A stretch of DNA of 64,000 bases from Candidatus Kerfeldbacteria bacterium (GTDB lineage Bacteria; Patescibacteriota; Patescibacteriia; SBBC01; CAIJZX01), in assembly GCA_963731735.1 (NCBI GenBank), contig CAVSWO010000002.1:564257-628256 (forward strand). Direction: 5' to 3'. Below the pieces are notes generated by a model, which was not told the origin of the DNA, searched no databases, and worked only from the letters and a program-made list of their open reading frames with translations. Position numbers and translations under genes: made by a program. This document shows positions 56,640-64,000 of the stretch, piece after piece. Every line of letters begins with the position of its first letter. The stretch's first letter is position 1.

Positions 56640-57359
56640 ATGACAAAAATTATAGAAAACCCAACACCAAATCAATCCTCAGGTTTAGCACGATCACGTT
56701 CATACAGAGCAGCTTGGTTTGTGGTGGGAGTAATGATGCTTTTCTCTATACCCATCGTCGGAATGCAGCTATCGCTCATGGGGCCGGGCAATGGTGCACT
56801 TACGTTACTTTTGGATATCATTTTCCTTCCAGCCTTGTGGTTATCGAGTGCTGTCATAGCCGCGCTGTTCATACGGGTTTTCCCAATTACAAAACATACA
56901 GTTGGAATCGTCTTGGCTACCATTCTTTCCGGACTTGTTATTTTATTTTTTGGCTGGTCATCGCTTTCAATTTTAAAAACAAGCCATCCCGATACCAGGA
57001 CATGGAGAACATGCGATTTTAAGACTTTATTGTTCCCCTTCGCGGTTCATGACTACTGCAGTGATTTGCCTCCACTTGAGTCAACTCAAGCAGCCAATGT
57101 TTCGGACTGCGCACTCATTAAAGAAAAGGGGTATTGGAATGGATGCATACACAAGTTTATGAAGACAGAATCTGATTTTCAAACGTGTCTCGTGCAAGCT
57201 GAAGAGCGTGCCCAATCAACACTCAATGATCGATCACGAGCAATATGTGGACTAGCCTATGCCTTAGTAACGAAGAATAGTTCCGTTTGCAATGCACTGA
57301 CTGAAGCAGGTGATAAAACATATTGTCTTTCGCAGTACCAATTCAGTGTGCCGGATTAA
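56640..57359 (+). CDS. Low-GC polytopic membrane protein with Cys-rich C-terminal domain (hypothetical)
   Basis: 239 aa, 4-5 TM helices, C-terminus with 8 Cys. GC is visibly lower than in neighbours. Confidence 0.55.
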   Translation: MTKIIENPTPNQSSGLARSRSYRAAWFVVGVMMLFSIPIVGMQLSLMGPGNGALTLLLDIIFLPALWLSSAVIAALFIRVFPITKHTVGIVLATILSGLVILFFGWSSLSILKTSHPDTRTWRTCDFKTLLFPFAVHDYCSDLPPLESTQAANVSDCALIKEKGYWNGCIHKFMKTESDFQTCLVQAEERAQSTLNDRSRAICGLAYALVTKNSSVCNALTEAGDKTYCLSQYQFSVPD

Positions 57360-57386
57360 CACAGAACGGCCTGAAGACAACTTATT

Positions 57387-57415
57387 TTGACGGGGAGGAA
57401 AATTGCTGGTATAGT
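57387..57415 (+). promoter_or_regulatory. Sigma70-like promoter TTGACG-17-TATAGT upstream of ileS
   Basis: Exact spacing; ATG 34 nt downstream. Confidence 0.5.
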
Positions 57416-57449
57416 TTACCGTGCGATCTGATAAATCGCCTTCACGCTT

Positions 57450-60400
57450 ATGGCCGCCCCCAATTTCCCCGAACTCGAAAAGAAGATCCTGCAGGACTGG
57501 CAGGCGAATTCAATTTTCCAAAAAACCCTCGAGCAGACGAGGAACGGGGAACGCTTTGTGTTTTTTGAAGGCCCGCCGACGGCCAACGGCAAGCCGCACA
57601 TGGGCCACGTTGAAACACGGGCGTTTAAAGACGTCGTGCTGCGCTACAAGACCATGCGCGGGTTTTTTGTTGAACGGAAAGCCGGCTGGGACACGCAAGG
57701 TTTGCCGGTCGAACTGGAAGTTGAAAAATCCCTTGGCATCTCCGGCAAGAAAGACATTGAAGCGTACGGGGTAGAAAAATTCAACGCCGAAGCCAAACAG
57801 TCGGTTTGGAAATATAAAGACCTATGGGAGAAAATGACCGACCGGGTTGGGTTCTGGCTCGATACCTCGGATCCGTACATCACGTATAGTAATGACTACA
57901 TTGAAACCCTGTGGTGGATTTTTAAACAGATTTGGGATCAAAAACTGCTGATCCAGGATTACAAAGTCGTGCCGTACTGTCCGCGCTGCGGGACCGCACT
58001 ATCGAGTCATGAAGTTGCGCAGGGCTACGAGTCGGTGACCGAACCGGCGGTGTATGTAAAATTTGAACTGGTGGATGAACCGGGAACCTTTGTCCTGGCT
58101 TGGACCACCACTCCCTGGACCTTGCCGGGGAACGTGGCGCTGGCGGTGGATGAAAAAATTGAATATAGCCAAGTGACGGTCGGCCAGGAAAAACTGCTGC
58201 TAGCCAGCGCGCTGGTCGAGCGAGCAGTTGGTGCGAATGCGACGATAGAAAAATCATTCCCCGGCAAAGAATTACTCGGCAAGAAATACAAACCACTCTT
58301 TGATTTTTTGGACCTTGGAAAAGAATCAGGAAAGAACGCCTACGTCATCGTGCCGGCCGATTTCGTGACAACCGAAGATGGCACGGGTGTCGTTCATACG
58401 GCGGTGATGTACGGGGTTGATGATTTTCAACTCGGTCAAAAACTTGATTTGCCAAAAATCCACACGGTCGATGAAGCCGGTAAATTTACTGCGCTGGTGA
58501 AACCGTGGGACGGCCAAGAAGTGCGGGATCCGGACGGGAAAACGCAAGCCGAAATCATTGCCTGGCTGCAAGCCCACCATAAACTCTACAAGGTTGAAGA
58601 CTATACTCACGACTATCCGTTCTGCTGGCGATGCAAACACCCACTTTTGTATTACGCAAAAACCTCCTGGTTTATTCTGATGTCGAAATTGCTCGATCAG
58701 CTGATAAAAAATAATGAGAAAGTCAACTGGTCTCCCGCCCATATCAAGGACGGCCGGTTTGGCGAATGGCTCCGAGAGGTTAAAGATTGGGCGATTTCCC
58801 GCGAACGCTACTGGGGCACGCCGCTACCGATCTGGGAATGCAACCAGTGTAAGCATCAGGAGTGCCTCGGATCGTATCAGGAGCTCCTGGACCGCCTACC
58901 GGCCAGGAATCGATACATTTTTATCCGACACGGTGAATCGGAAAATAACGTGACGGACACATTAGATACGATGTTGCCGGATGGTTCATCGAATTTAACG
59001 GCCAAGGGGCGGGCGCAATCAGCCACCGCAGCCGAAGCGCTCCAATCGGAAACTGTCGACGCGATTTTCACCTCGCAATTTCCGCGCGCTCGGCAGACCG
59101 CCGCGGTGATTGCCGAAAAGCTGAAGTTGCCGGTCACTGAGGATCAGCGATTGAATGAATTTCAAATCGGACCGAAGTTCGAAGGCAAAACCATCAAGGA
59201 ATTTCATCAACAGTTCGGCGATCGAACCAAACGCTTATCCGAAGCGCCGCCCGGCGGGGAAACATGGCTGCAACTGCGGCAACGGATGATAGACTTTTTA
59301 CACGAATTGGACGCCAAACATACCGGGAAAACATTTGTTATCGTGTCACACGCGGACCCGATTTATGTGGCCGCTTGGGCGGCTTCCCTGCGAGCGGATT
59401 CCCAAATTCCGGATATTGAGTATCCGAAGAATGCCGAACCCTATGAGGTCAAGTTCGTCAGCCAGCTCTTCCAACCAGACGGCAGCTTCGACCCCCATCG
59501 TCCGTACAGCGATACATGGACGTGGCCATGCGCTCATTGCCAGCAGGGGACAATGCGCCGCGTGCCGGAAGTCGCCGATACCTGGTTCGACTCGGGTTCG
59601 ATGCCGTTTGCCCAATGGCACTACCCATTTGAAAATACTGATCGAATAAAAAAAGGGAAGAGTTACCCGGCTGACTATATCACCGAGGCGATTGATCAAA
59701 CGCGCGGTTGGTTTTACACCTTGCTGGCGATTGCAACCCTGTTGCAAAAATCCAAAGCGGTCAAAGCCGGTCCGCCTTATAAAAACGTGGTGGTGCTTGG
59801 CCACGTGCGCGACGCCAAAGGAAAGAAACTTTCGAAGAGCGCCGGGAATTATATTGATCCGCTGGAACTTATCGACCAGCACGGCGCCGATCCGATCCGC
59901 TTCTACTTGATGACCATGAATCAACCGGGCGATCCGAAAAATTTCGACCCGAAGGGTCTGGATGAAGTCATCAAGAAAACTTTTCTGATATTGATGAATG
60001 TGGTCAGCTTCTGGAAACTCTATGCCGGTAAAGCGACGGCGGACGTGACGACCGCCGATCATCCGCTTGACCGCTGGATCTTGGCCAAAACCGCCGAACT
60101 GACCAAGCAGGTGACGGATGGACTGGAAGCCTATGACATAACCGGTGCCGGCCGGTCGATTGCCAGTTGCATCACCGATCTGTCCACCTGGTACGTCCGG
60201 CGCAGTCGCGATCGTATCAAAGGCGATGACCGCCCGATGGTGACGTCGGTCTTGCGGCAGGTGCTGATGACGCTGGCGCAGCTGCTGGCACCCTTCACCC
60301 CGTTCCTAGCCGAACAGGTCTATCGTGAGGTGGGTGGCAGACTGGCTTCGGTTCACCTTGAACCGTGGCCGGCCTCGGCTTCGGTCGACCGTAAAATTTT

Positions 60401-60905
60401 GGAGGAGATGCAGGCCTTACGCCAATGGATTGAGCAAGGGCATGCGCTGCGCGCGCAGGCGGGACTCAAGGTCCGCCAGCCGCTTCAACAATTCGTGGTG
60501 GCGAAATCGGTTCCCAAAGAACTGCATGCCATCTTGCGGGCGGAGCTGAATGTCAAAGAAATCCATGATCAAACGGCGCTGCCGGAGGGACCGGAATGGG
60601 TCAAAACGGATAGGGTGGCCCTCGATACCACGCTGACGGATGAACTCAAAGCCGAAGGAATGTTGCGCGATCTCGTGCGGGAATTTAACGCCCTTCGTAA
60701 AACGGCCCAGCTGCAACCGAGCGACATTATCGTGGCACACGTTCAACCGCAAACCGTCGCTGCCCAAGTGGTTGAACGCTTCGCGCAACAATTCTTAAAA
60801 GAAGTGCGTGCCAAAGCTGCCACGCCTTCGGTGGCCGGCGCGGCCCATACGGCTGCAATTACACTAGACGGACAATCGGTCATGATCGGACTCTCGATCG
60901 GCTAA
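57450..60905 (+). CDS. ileS: Isoleucyl-tRNA synthetase, type 2 (no C-terminal Zn finger), carrying a ~200-aa histidine-phosphatase domain insertion
   Basis: PHMGH (HIGH), editing-domain TTTPWTLPGNVALAV, WGTPLPIW, DTWFDSGS and KKLSKS. 1151 aa. Confidence 0.9.
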   Translation: MAAPNFPELEKKILQDWQANSIFQKTLEQTRNGERFVFFEGPPTANGKPHMGHVETRAFKDVVLRYKTMRGFFVERKAGWDTQGLPVELEVEKSLGISGKKDIEAYGVEKFNAEAKQSVWKYKDLWEKMTDRVGFWLDTSDPYITYSNDYIETLWWIFKQIWDQKLLIQDYKVVPYCPRCGTALSSHEVAQGYESVTEPAVYVKFELVDEPGTFVLAWTTTPWTLPGNVALAVDEKIEYSQVTVGQEKLLLASALVERAVGANATIEKSFPGKELLGKKYKPLFDFLDLGKESGKNAYVIVPADFVTTEDGTGVVHTAVMYGVDDFQLGQKLDLPKIHTVDEAGKFTALVKPWDGQEVRDPDGKTQAEIIAWLQAHHKLYKVEDYTHDYPFCWRCKHPLLYYAKTSWFILMSKLLDQLIKNNEKVNWSPAHIKDGRFGEWLREVKDWAISRERYWGTPLPIWECNQCKHQECLGSYQELLDRLPARNRYIFIRHGESENNVTDTLDTMLPDGSSNLTAKGRAQSATAAEALQSETVDAIFTSQFPRARQTAAVIAEKLKLPVTEDQRLNEFQIGPKFEGKTIKEFHQQFGDRTKRLSEAPPGGETWLQLRQRMIDFLHELDAKHTGKTFVIVSHADPIYVAAWAASLRADSQIPDIEYPKNAEPYEVKFVSQLFQPDGSFDPHRPYSDTWTWPCAHCQQGTMRRVPEVADTWFDSGSMPFAQWHYPFENTDRIKKGKSYPADYITEAIDQTRGWFYTLLAIATLLQKSKAVKAGPPYKNVVVLGHVRDAKGKKLSKSAGNYIDPLELIDQHGADPIRFYLMTMNQPGDPKNFDPKGLDEVIKKTFLILMNVVSFWKLYAGKATADVTTADHPLDRWILAKTAELTKQVTDGLEAYDITGAGRSIASCITDLSTWYVRRSRDRIKGDDRPMVTSVLRQVLMTLAQLLAPFTPFLAEQVYREVGGRLASVHLEPWPASASVDRKILEEMQALRQWIEQGHALRAQAGLKVRQPLQQFVVAKSVPKELHAILRAELNVKEIHDQTALPEGPEWVKTDRVALDTTLTDELKAEGMLRDLVREFNALRKTAQLQPSDIIVAHVQPQTVAAQVVERFAQQFLKEVRAKAATPSVAGAAHTAAITLDGQSVMIGLSIG
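58880..59520 (+). other. Histidine phosphatase (phosphoglycerate-mutase-like, His_Phos_1-type) domain inserted between the IleRS QEL..R and DPHRPY Zn-knuckle elements
   Basis: RYIFIRHGESENN (RHG catalytic His), LTAKGRAQS, RARQTAAVI, RLNEFQIG, PGGETWLQLRQRM and IVSHADPIY (second His). The flanks align to T. thermophilus-type IleRS without a gap-filling sequence. Confidence 0.7.
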
Positions 60906-60906
60906 T

Positions 60907-61662
60907 ATGGCCTCGGTCATCCAAACCCGCGCCCTGATTCTTCATCATAGCGACCACCGGGAGCACGATCGATTGTTGACGGTGCTCAGCCCGGAACTCG
61001 GGAAGATCCAGGTCCGGGCGCGGGGTTCCAAGAAAGGGATCTCGAAACTCGGTGGCTCACTTGAACCGGTGACGGAGGTGGATTTGACGATCGCCAACGG
61101 ACGACAGCTGGACGTCGTGACCGGCAGTATCATTCTGGAACGCTGGCCGCAGTTGCGACAAGATGTAGTCGGTCTGGTGGCGGCGCAGTGGCTACTTGAA
61201 CTGATTGAAAAAGTAACGAAACCCAACCAACCCGAACCGGAACTGTATCAGCAGCTCAAAAATATGCTGAGCGCCATCCAGGCTGAAGCCGGACAGTCGG
61301 AAGGACGACGTTGGATCCAATTACTCCGGCGCGCATGGAACATTTTGCAGCATGAAGGTTTTGTGGCCGAGAGTCGGATTTGTAGCCGCTGTCATCGGAT
61401 GATTGAACCCGGGCAACACGCTTTTGATCCGTTGCACGGGTGGCTGCACCGCCGCGAAGCGGGTCCACACGCGCAATCAGTGTCAGCCGCCGCCGTCGAT
61501 TTTCTGAATGGACAACCCGCTCAGGACGATCCCAAGAAGATATTTCACGTCACGCACCGTTTAGTGCAAAGCGTGATTGAGCAGACGCTTGATCAACCGC
61601 TTCGGAGCGAACGGGTATTACAGAAGGTTATGCGAGTCTCGAAGTTGTCAGCTTCCGAATAA
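60907..61662 (+). CDS. recO: DNA repair protein RecO
   Basis: The N-terminal OB-fold pattern (ALILHHSDHREHDRLLTVLSPELGKIQVRARGS) is followed by a C-terminal Cys cluster (CSRCHR). Confidence 0.7.
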   Translation: MASVIQTRALILHHSDHREHDRLLTVLSPELGKIQVRARGSKKGISKLGGSLEPVTEVDLTIANGRQLDVVTGSIILERWPQLRQDVVGLVAAQWLLELIEKVTKPNQPEPELYQQLKNMLSAIQAEAGQSEGRRWIQLLRRAWNILQHEGFVAESRICSRCHRMIEPGQHAFDPLHGWLHRREAGPHAQSVSAAAVDFLNGQPAQDDPKKIFHVTHRLVQSVIEQTLDQPLRSERVLQKVMRVSKLSASE

Positions 61663-61684
61663 GTCGGTACACTAGAAGTCGCTC

Positions 61685-63796
61685 ATGACTCCGAAAAGCA
61701 AAAAACACAACCCATCGGAAAAGTCACCATTCCGGCCCCAGGATCGGAAGGCTTTTTTAGAGGCGCTGCGCCGTCATCATGATGATCCGGTTGCCGCCCA
61801 GGCCGAGCTCGACCAGCACCAACCAGACGACACCGAATCAGAATTCCCATCCGATCATGTCCAGCCAGAGGCGGCGACGCCCAAAACTCAACCAGTCACC
61901 CCAGCCGCCGGGAAAAAAATTACCGTCACCACCGCCACTGATTCGGCTGAAACCCCGGAGACTGATGGAGCCGGCCTGGAAGCCGTCTTAGAGGATTCCG
62001 CTCAGCCCCCGAAAACGCCGCCGCCAGAAATGGGTAAATTACAACGGAGCAAAAAACGTCGTTCGTGGCCGTGGGGCTGGACCATCGGCGGGTTGCTGGT
62101 GATTGCCGTTGCCACAGTTGGAGGGTTTTTGTGGTTTAATCGAGCCCAGCGTTTTAGCGGGGATCAGGTAAACCTATCGGTCCAAGCCCCCAGTCAGCTG
62201 GCTTCGGGCAGCGACGTAACCATTACCTTTGCTTTTCAAAATTCGGAGCCGGTTGACCTGGTTGGCGCCGAGTTAACGGTTGAATACCCCGAAGGCTTTC
62301 GAATAACCAAGACCAGTCAGCCGAGCGTCAATGATTTTACTAACGCCTTTACGATCGGCACGATCAAGCACGGCCGGGCCGGCACCGTCACGGTGGACGG
62401 AGTCTTATTCGGTTCGGTTGGGGCGAAGCGTGAATTTTCAGCCACCTTGAACTACCGGCCGAAAAACTTCAGTTCAGATTTTCAAGTCACCGCGAAAACC
62501 ACCATCGATATCAATAGTTCATTATTAGAACTTAAAGTTGACGGACCGAAAAAGCTGGCCCCGAATGCTGAAGGCACCTGGACGCTCACTTATACAAATT
62601 CTTCGGATCGTGATTTGTCAGACGTGCAAATCGAAGCGATCTATCCGGATGGCATTGATGTGACCGCCGTCGACCCGGCGGCCGTCGAGCGATCTGCTCT
62701 CTGGCGTTTTGATCAGGTGCCAAAGGGCGAGTCGGGCAAAATTACGATTACCGGACATGCCGTCGGAGAAGTTGGCGATTCGCTTGAAATGATATTCCGA
62801 GCGGGCTTGGTCAATGCTGCGAATACGGTTGACGTTCAGGCGGAGCAAAAAATTCTGGTGGTGCTGATTAGCACCGGCGTCACAACCAGCGTGGCTGCCA
62901 ATGGCGTGGCGGAAAATAGCGTTATTTCCCCGGGGGAGCGCTTGCAGTACGCGGTGAAAGTCGCCAATCAGAGCGAAGCCGAAGTCAGCAACTTGACCGT
63001 CAGCTTGACGGTTGAGGGAACCGGCGCCGATTTTGACCAGTTGGATAATCCAACACGGGCCGATGTTCAGGATCAGACCTTAACCTGGACCAAGCAGCAG
63101 GTGAGCGGCCTGGATGTACTGAAGCCCGGTCAGGATGTGACCCTGCGATTTGGTCTGGGTACAGTTGATGCTTTGCCGGTGGCCCAGGACACGGATATTG
63201 ATCCGCACATTACCGTTTCCGTTAGCGTAACTTCACCGAGCTTACCGGTTGACCCGAACCCAAAACCGGCGGCGGTCTTTACCACCAAGTTTGCGACGGC
63301 CGTCTCACTCACGGCTGAGTCGCGATACTATGATGACGACGGCACCGTGCTGGGTGACGGACCAGTGCCACCCCAGGTTGGGCAAACCACGAAGTATCGC
63401 GTCCGTTGGACCCTGACGAACACCACCAGCGCCGCAAATTCGATGCACGTCACGGCCACCTTACCGACCAGCGTTTTTTGGACCGGTCAGAACATTTCTC
63501 GCGGAGCCGGTGATATTGCGTTTGATCCGTCATCTCGAGTGGTGACCTGGACAATTAATCAAGTTCCAGCCGGAACCGGATCACGCTTACCAGCCCTGGT
63601 AGCTGAATTCGAAGTCTCGATCACTCCGATTGCGAGTCAGGTGGGATCACCCGTCATCCTGACGCAATCCACCGCCGCCACGGCCACCGACGCCTACACT
63701 GACCAGGCGATTGCCTTGACTCAGCCTTCGACCACGACGGATGTACCAACCGATCCAACCGCGGCTGGCCAGGGCTCGGTTGTAGCGGCTCCATAA
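61685..63796 (+). CDS. Membrane-anchored surface protein with repeated beta-sandwich (DUF11/CARDB-like) domains (hypothetical)
   Basis: ~130-aa cytoplasmic N-terminus, TM WTIGGLLVIAVATVGGFLWF, then a ~550-aa extracellular repeat region. Confidence 0.65.
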   Translation: MTPKSKKHNPSEKSPFRPQDRKAFLEALRRHHDDPVAAQAELDQHQPDDTESEFPSDHVQPEAATPKTQPVTPAAGKKITVTTATDSAETPETDGAGLEAVLEDSAQPPKTPPPEMGKLQRSKKRRSWPWGWTIGGLLVIAVATVGGFLWFNRAQRFSGDQVNLSVQAPSQLASGSDVTITFAFQNSEPVDLVGAELTVEYPEGFRITKTSQPSVNDFTNAFTIGTIKHGRAGTVTVDGVLFGSVGAKREFSATLNYRPKNFSSDFQVTAKTTIDINSSLLELKVDGPKKLAPNAEGTWTLTYTNSSDRDLSDVQIEAIYPDGIDVTAVDPAAVERSALWRFDQVPKGESGKITITGHAVGEVGDSLEMIFRAGLVNAANTVDVQAEQKILVVLISTGVTTSVAANGVAENSVISPGERLQYAVKVANQSEAEVSNLTVSLTVEGTGADFDQLDNPTRADVQDQTLTWTKQQVSGLDVLKPGQDVTLRFGLGTVDALPVAQDTDIDPHITVSVSVTSPSLPVDPNPKPAAVFTTKFATAVSLTAESRYYDDDGTVLGDGPVPPQVGQTTKYRVRWTLTNTTSAANSMHVTATLPTSVFWTGQNISRGAGDIAFDPSSRVVTWTINQVPAGTGSRLPALVAEFEVSITPIASQVGSPVILTQSTAATATDAYTDQAIALTQPSTTTDVPTDPTAAGQGSVVAAP

Positions 63797-63822
63797 AAAA
63801 GACTCCCGAGTTGCAGGGAGTC
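63795..63822 (-). terminator. Rho-independent terminator for the minus-strand gene at the window end (GACTCCC-loop-GGGAGTC + T6 on minus)
   Basis: 7-bp stem. The T-run (AAAAAA on plus) lies 5' of the hairpin on the plus strand, i.e. 3' on the minus strand. Confidence 0.55.
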
Positions 63823-64000
63823 ATGAATCGAGCGACTGAGCCTGACGCTCAGCTTTAAGTTGTTTGAAGCGGGCATGCGTTGCCCAGAGACTCTGGCCCT
63901 CAAAAACAATGGCCAGTCCCAGGCAGATTTCTGAACCGAGGACATAGGCCGGGTGATGCGTCGGTATCAGCATCAGCCCGACTCCGACCGCCACGAACGC
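63821..64000 (-). CDS. C-terminal fragment of a membrane protein (5' end outside window)
   Basis: Open frame of 59 codons with a hydrophobic segment, ending ...RQAQSLDS then TGA (63823-63821). Confidence 0.4.
   Translation of the reverse strand, partial: AFVAVGVGLMLIPTHHPAYVLGSEICLGLAIVFEGQSLWATHARFKQLKAERQAQSLDS

Overview
64 kb window from a high-GC (~55-58% by eye) bacterial genome. The gene content and architecture look like a small-genome, CPR/Patescibacteria-like organism: many overlapping genes, a giant surface protein fused to a VirB2/TrbC-like pilin hairpin, a type-2 IleRS, a class II RNR, and ComEC. Housekeeping genes present are lepB, hisS, a HIT-family gene, rpsU, yqeY, ybeY, dgkA, ftsA, ftsZ, nrdR-nrdJ, cobO, htrA, an L,D-transpeptidase, prfB (with its programmed +1 frameshift), comEC, infC-rpmI-rplT (AUU start on infC), smpB with an adjacent tmRNA, argS, a GT4, ileS, and recO. 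tRNA-Val(CAC) and tRNA-Asp(GUC) are also present. Four stretches look most interesting. First, a ~9 kb surface-protein locus (1-9126) holds tandem paralogous secreted proteins, a dockerin-bearing member of the same family, and three membrane-anchored cohesin-like proteins, followed by a GT2. This looks like a non-cellulosomal cohesin-dockerin surface assembly system. Second, an operon (13337-20672) encodes a 1890-aa protein with an N-terminal VirB2/TrbC-like pilin hairpin and a C-terminal type IV pilin/GspG-like head, plus two Ca-binding TSP3-repeat membrane proteins. Third, ileS carries an intact histidine-phosphatase (PGM-like) domain inserted in its Zn-knuckle loop. Fourth, a B12 salvage module (cobO, a candidate cobalamin riboswitch, two DUF4430-like proteins, an ECF S-component-like protein) sits next to the B12-dependent nrdJ. 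Accessory-looking blocks are a low-GC island of small membrane-protein genes (28.4-31.1 kb) and an SPFH/membrane two-gene cassette beside tRNA-Asp. All family assignments come from motif recognition by eye, with no database searches run.
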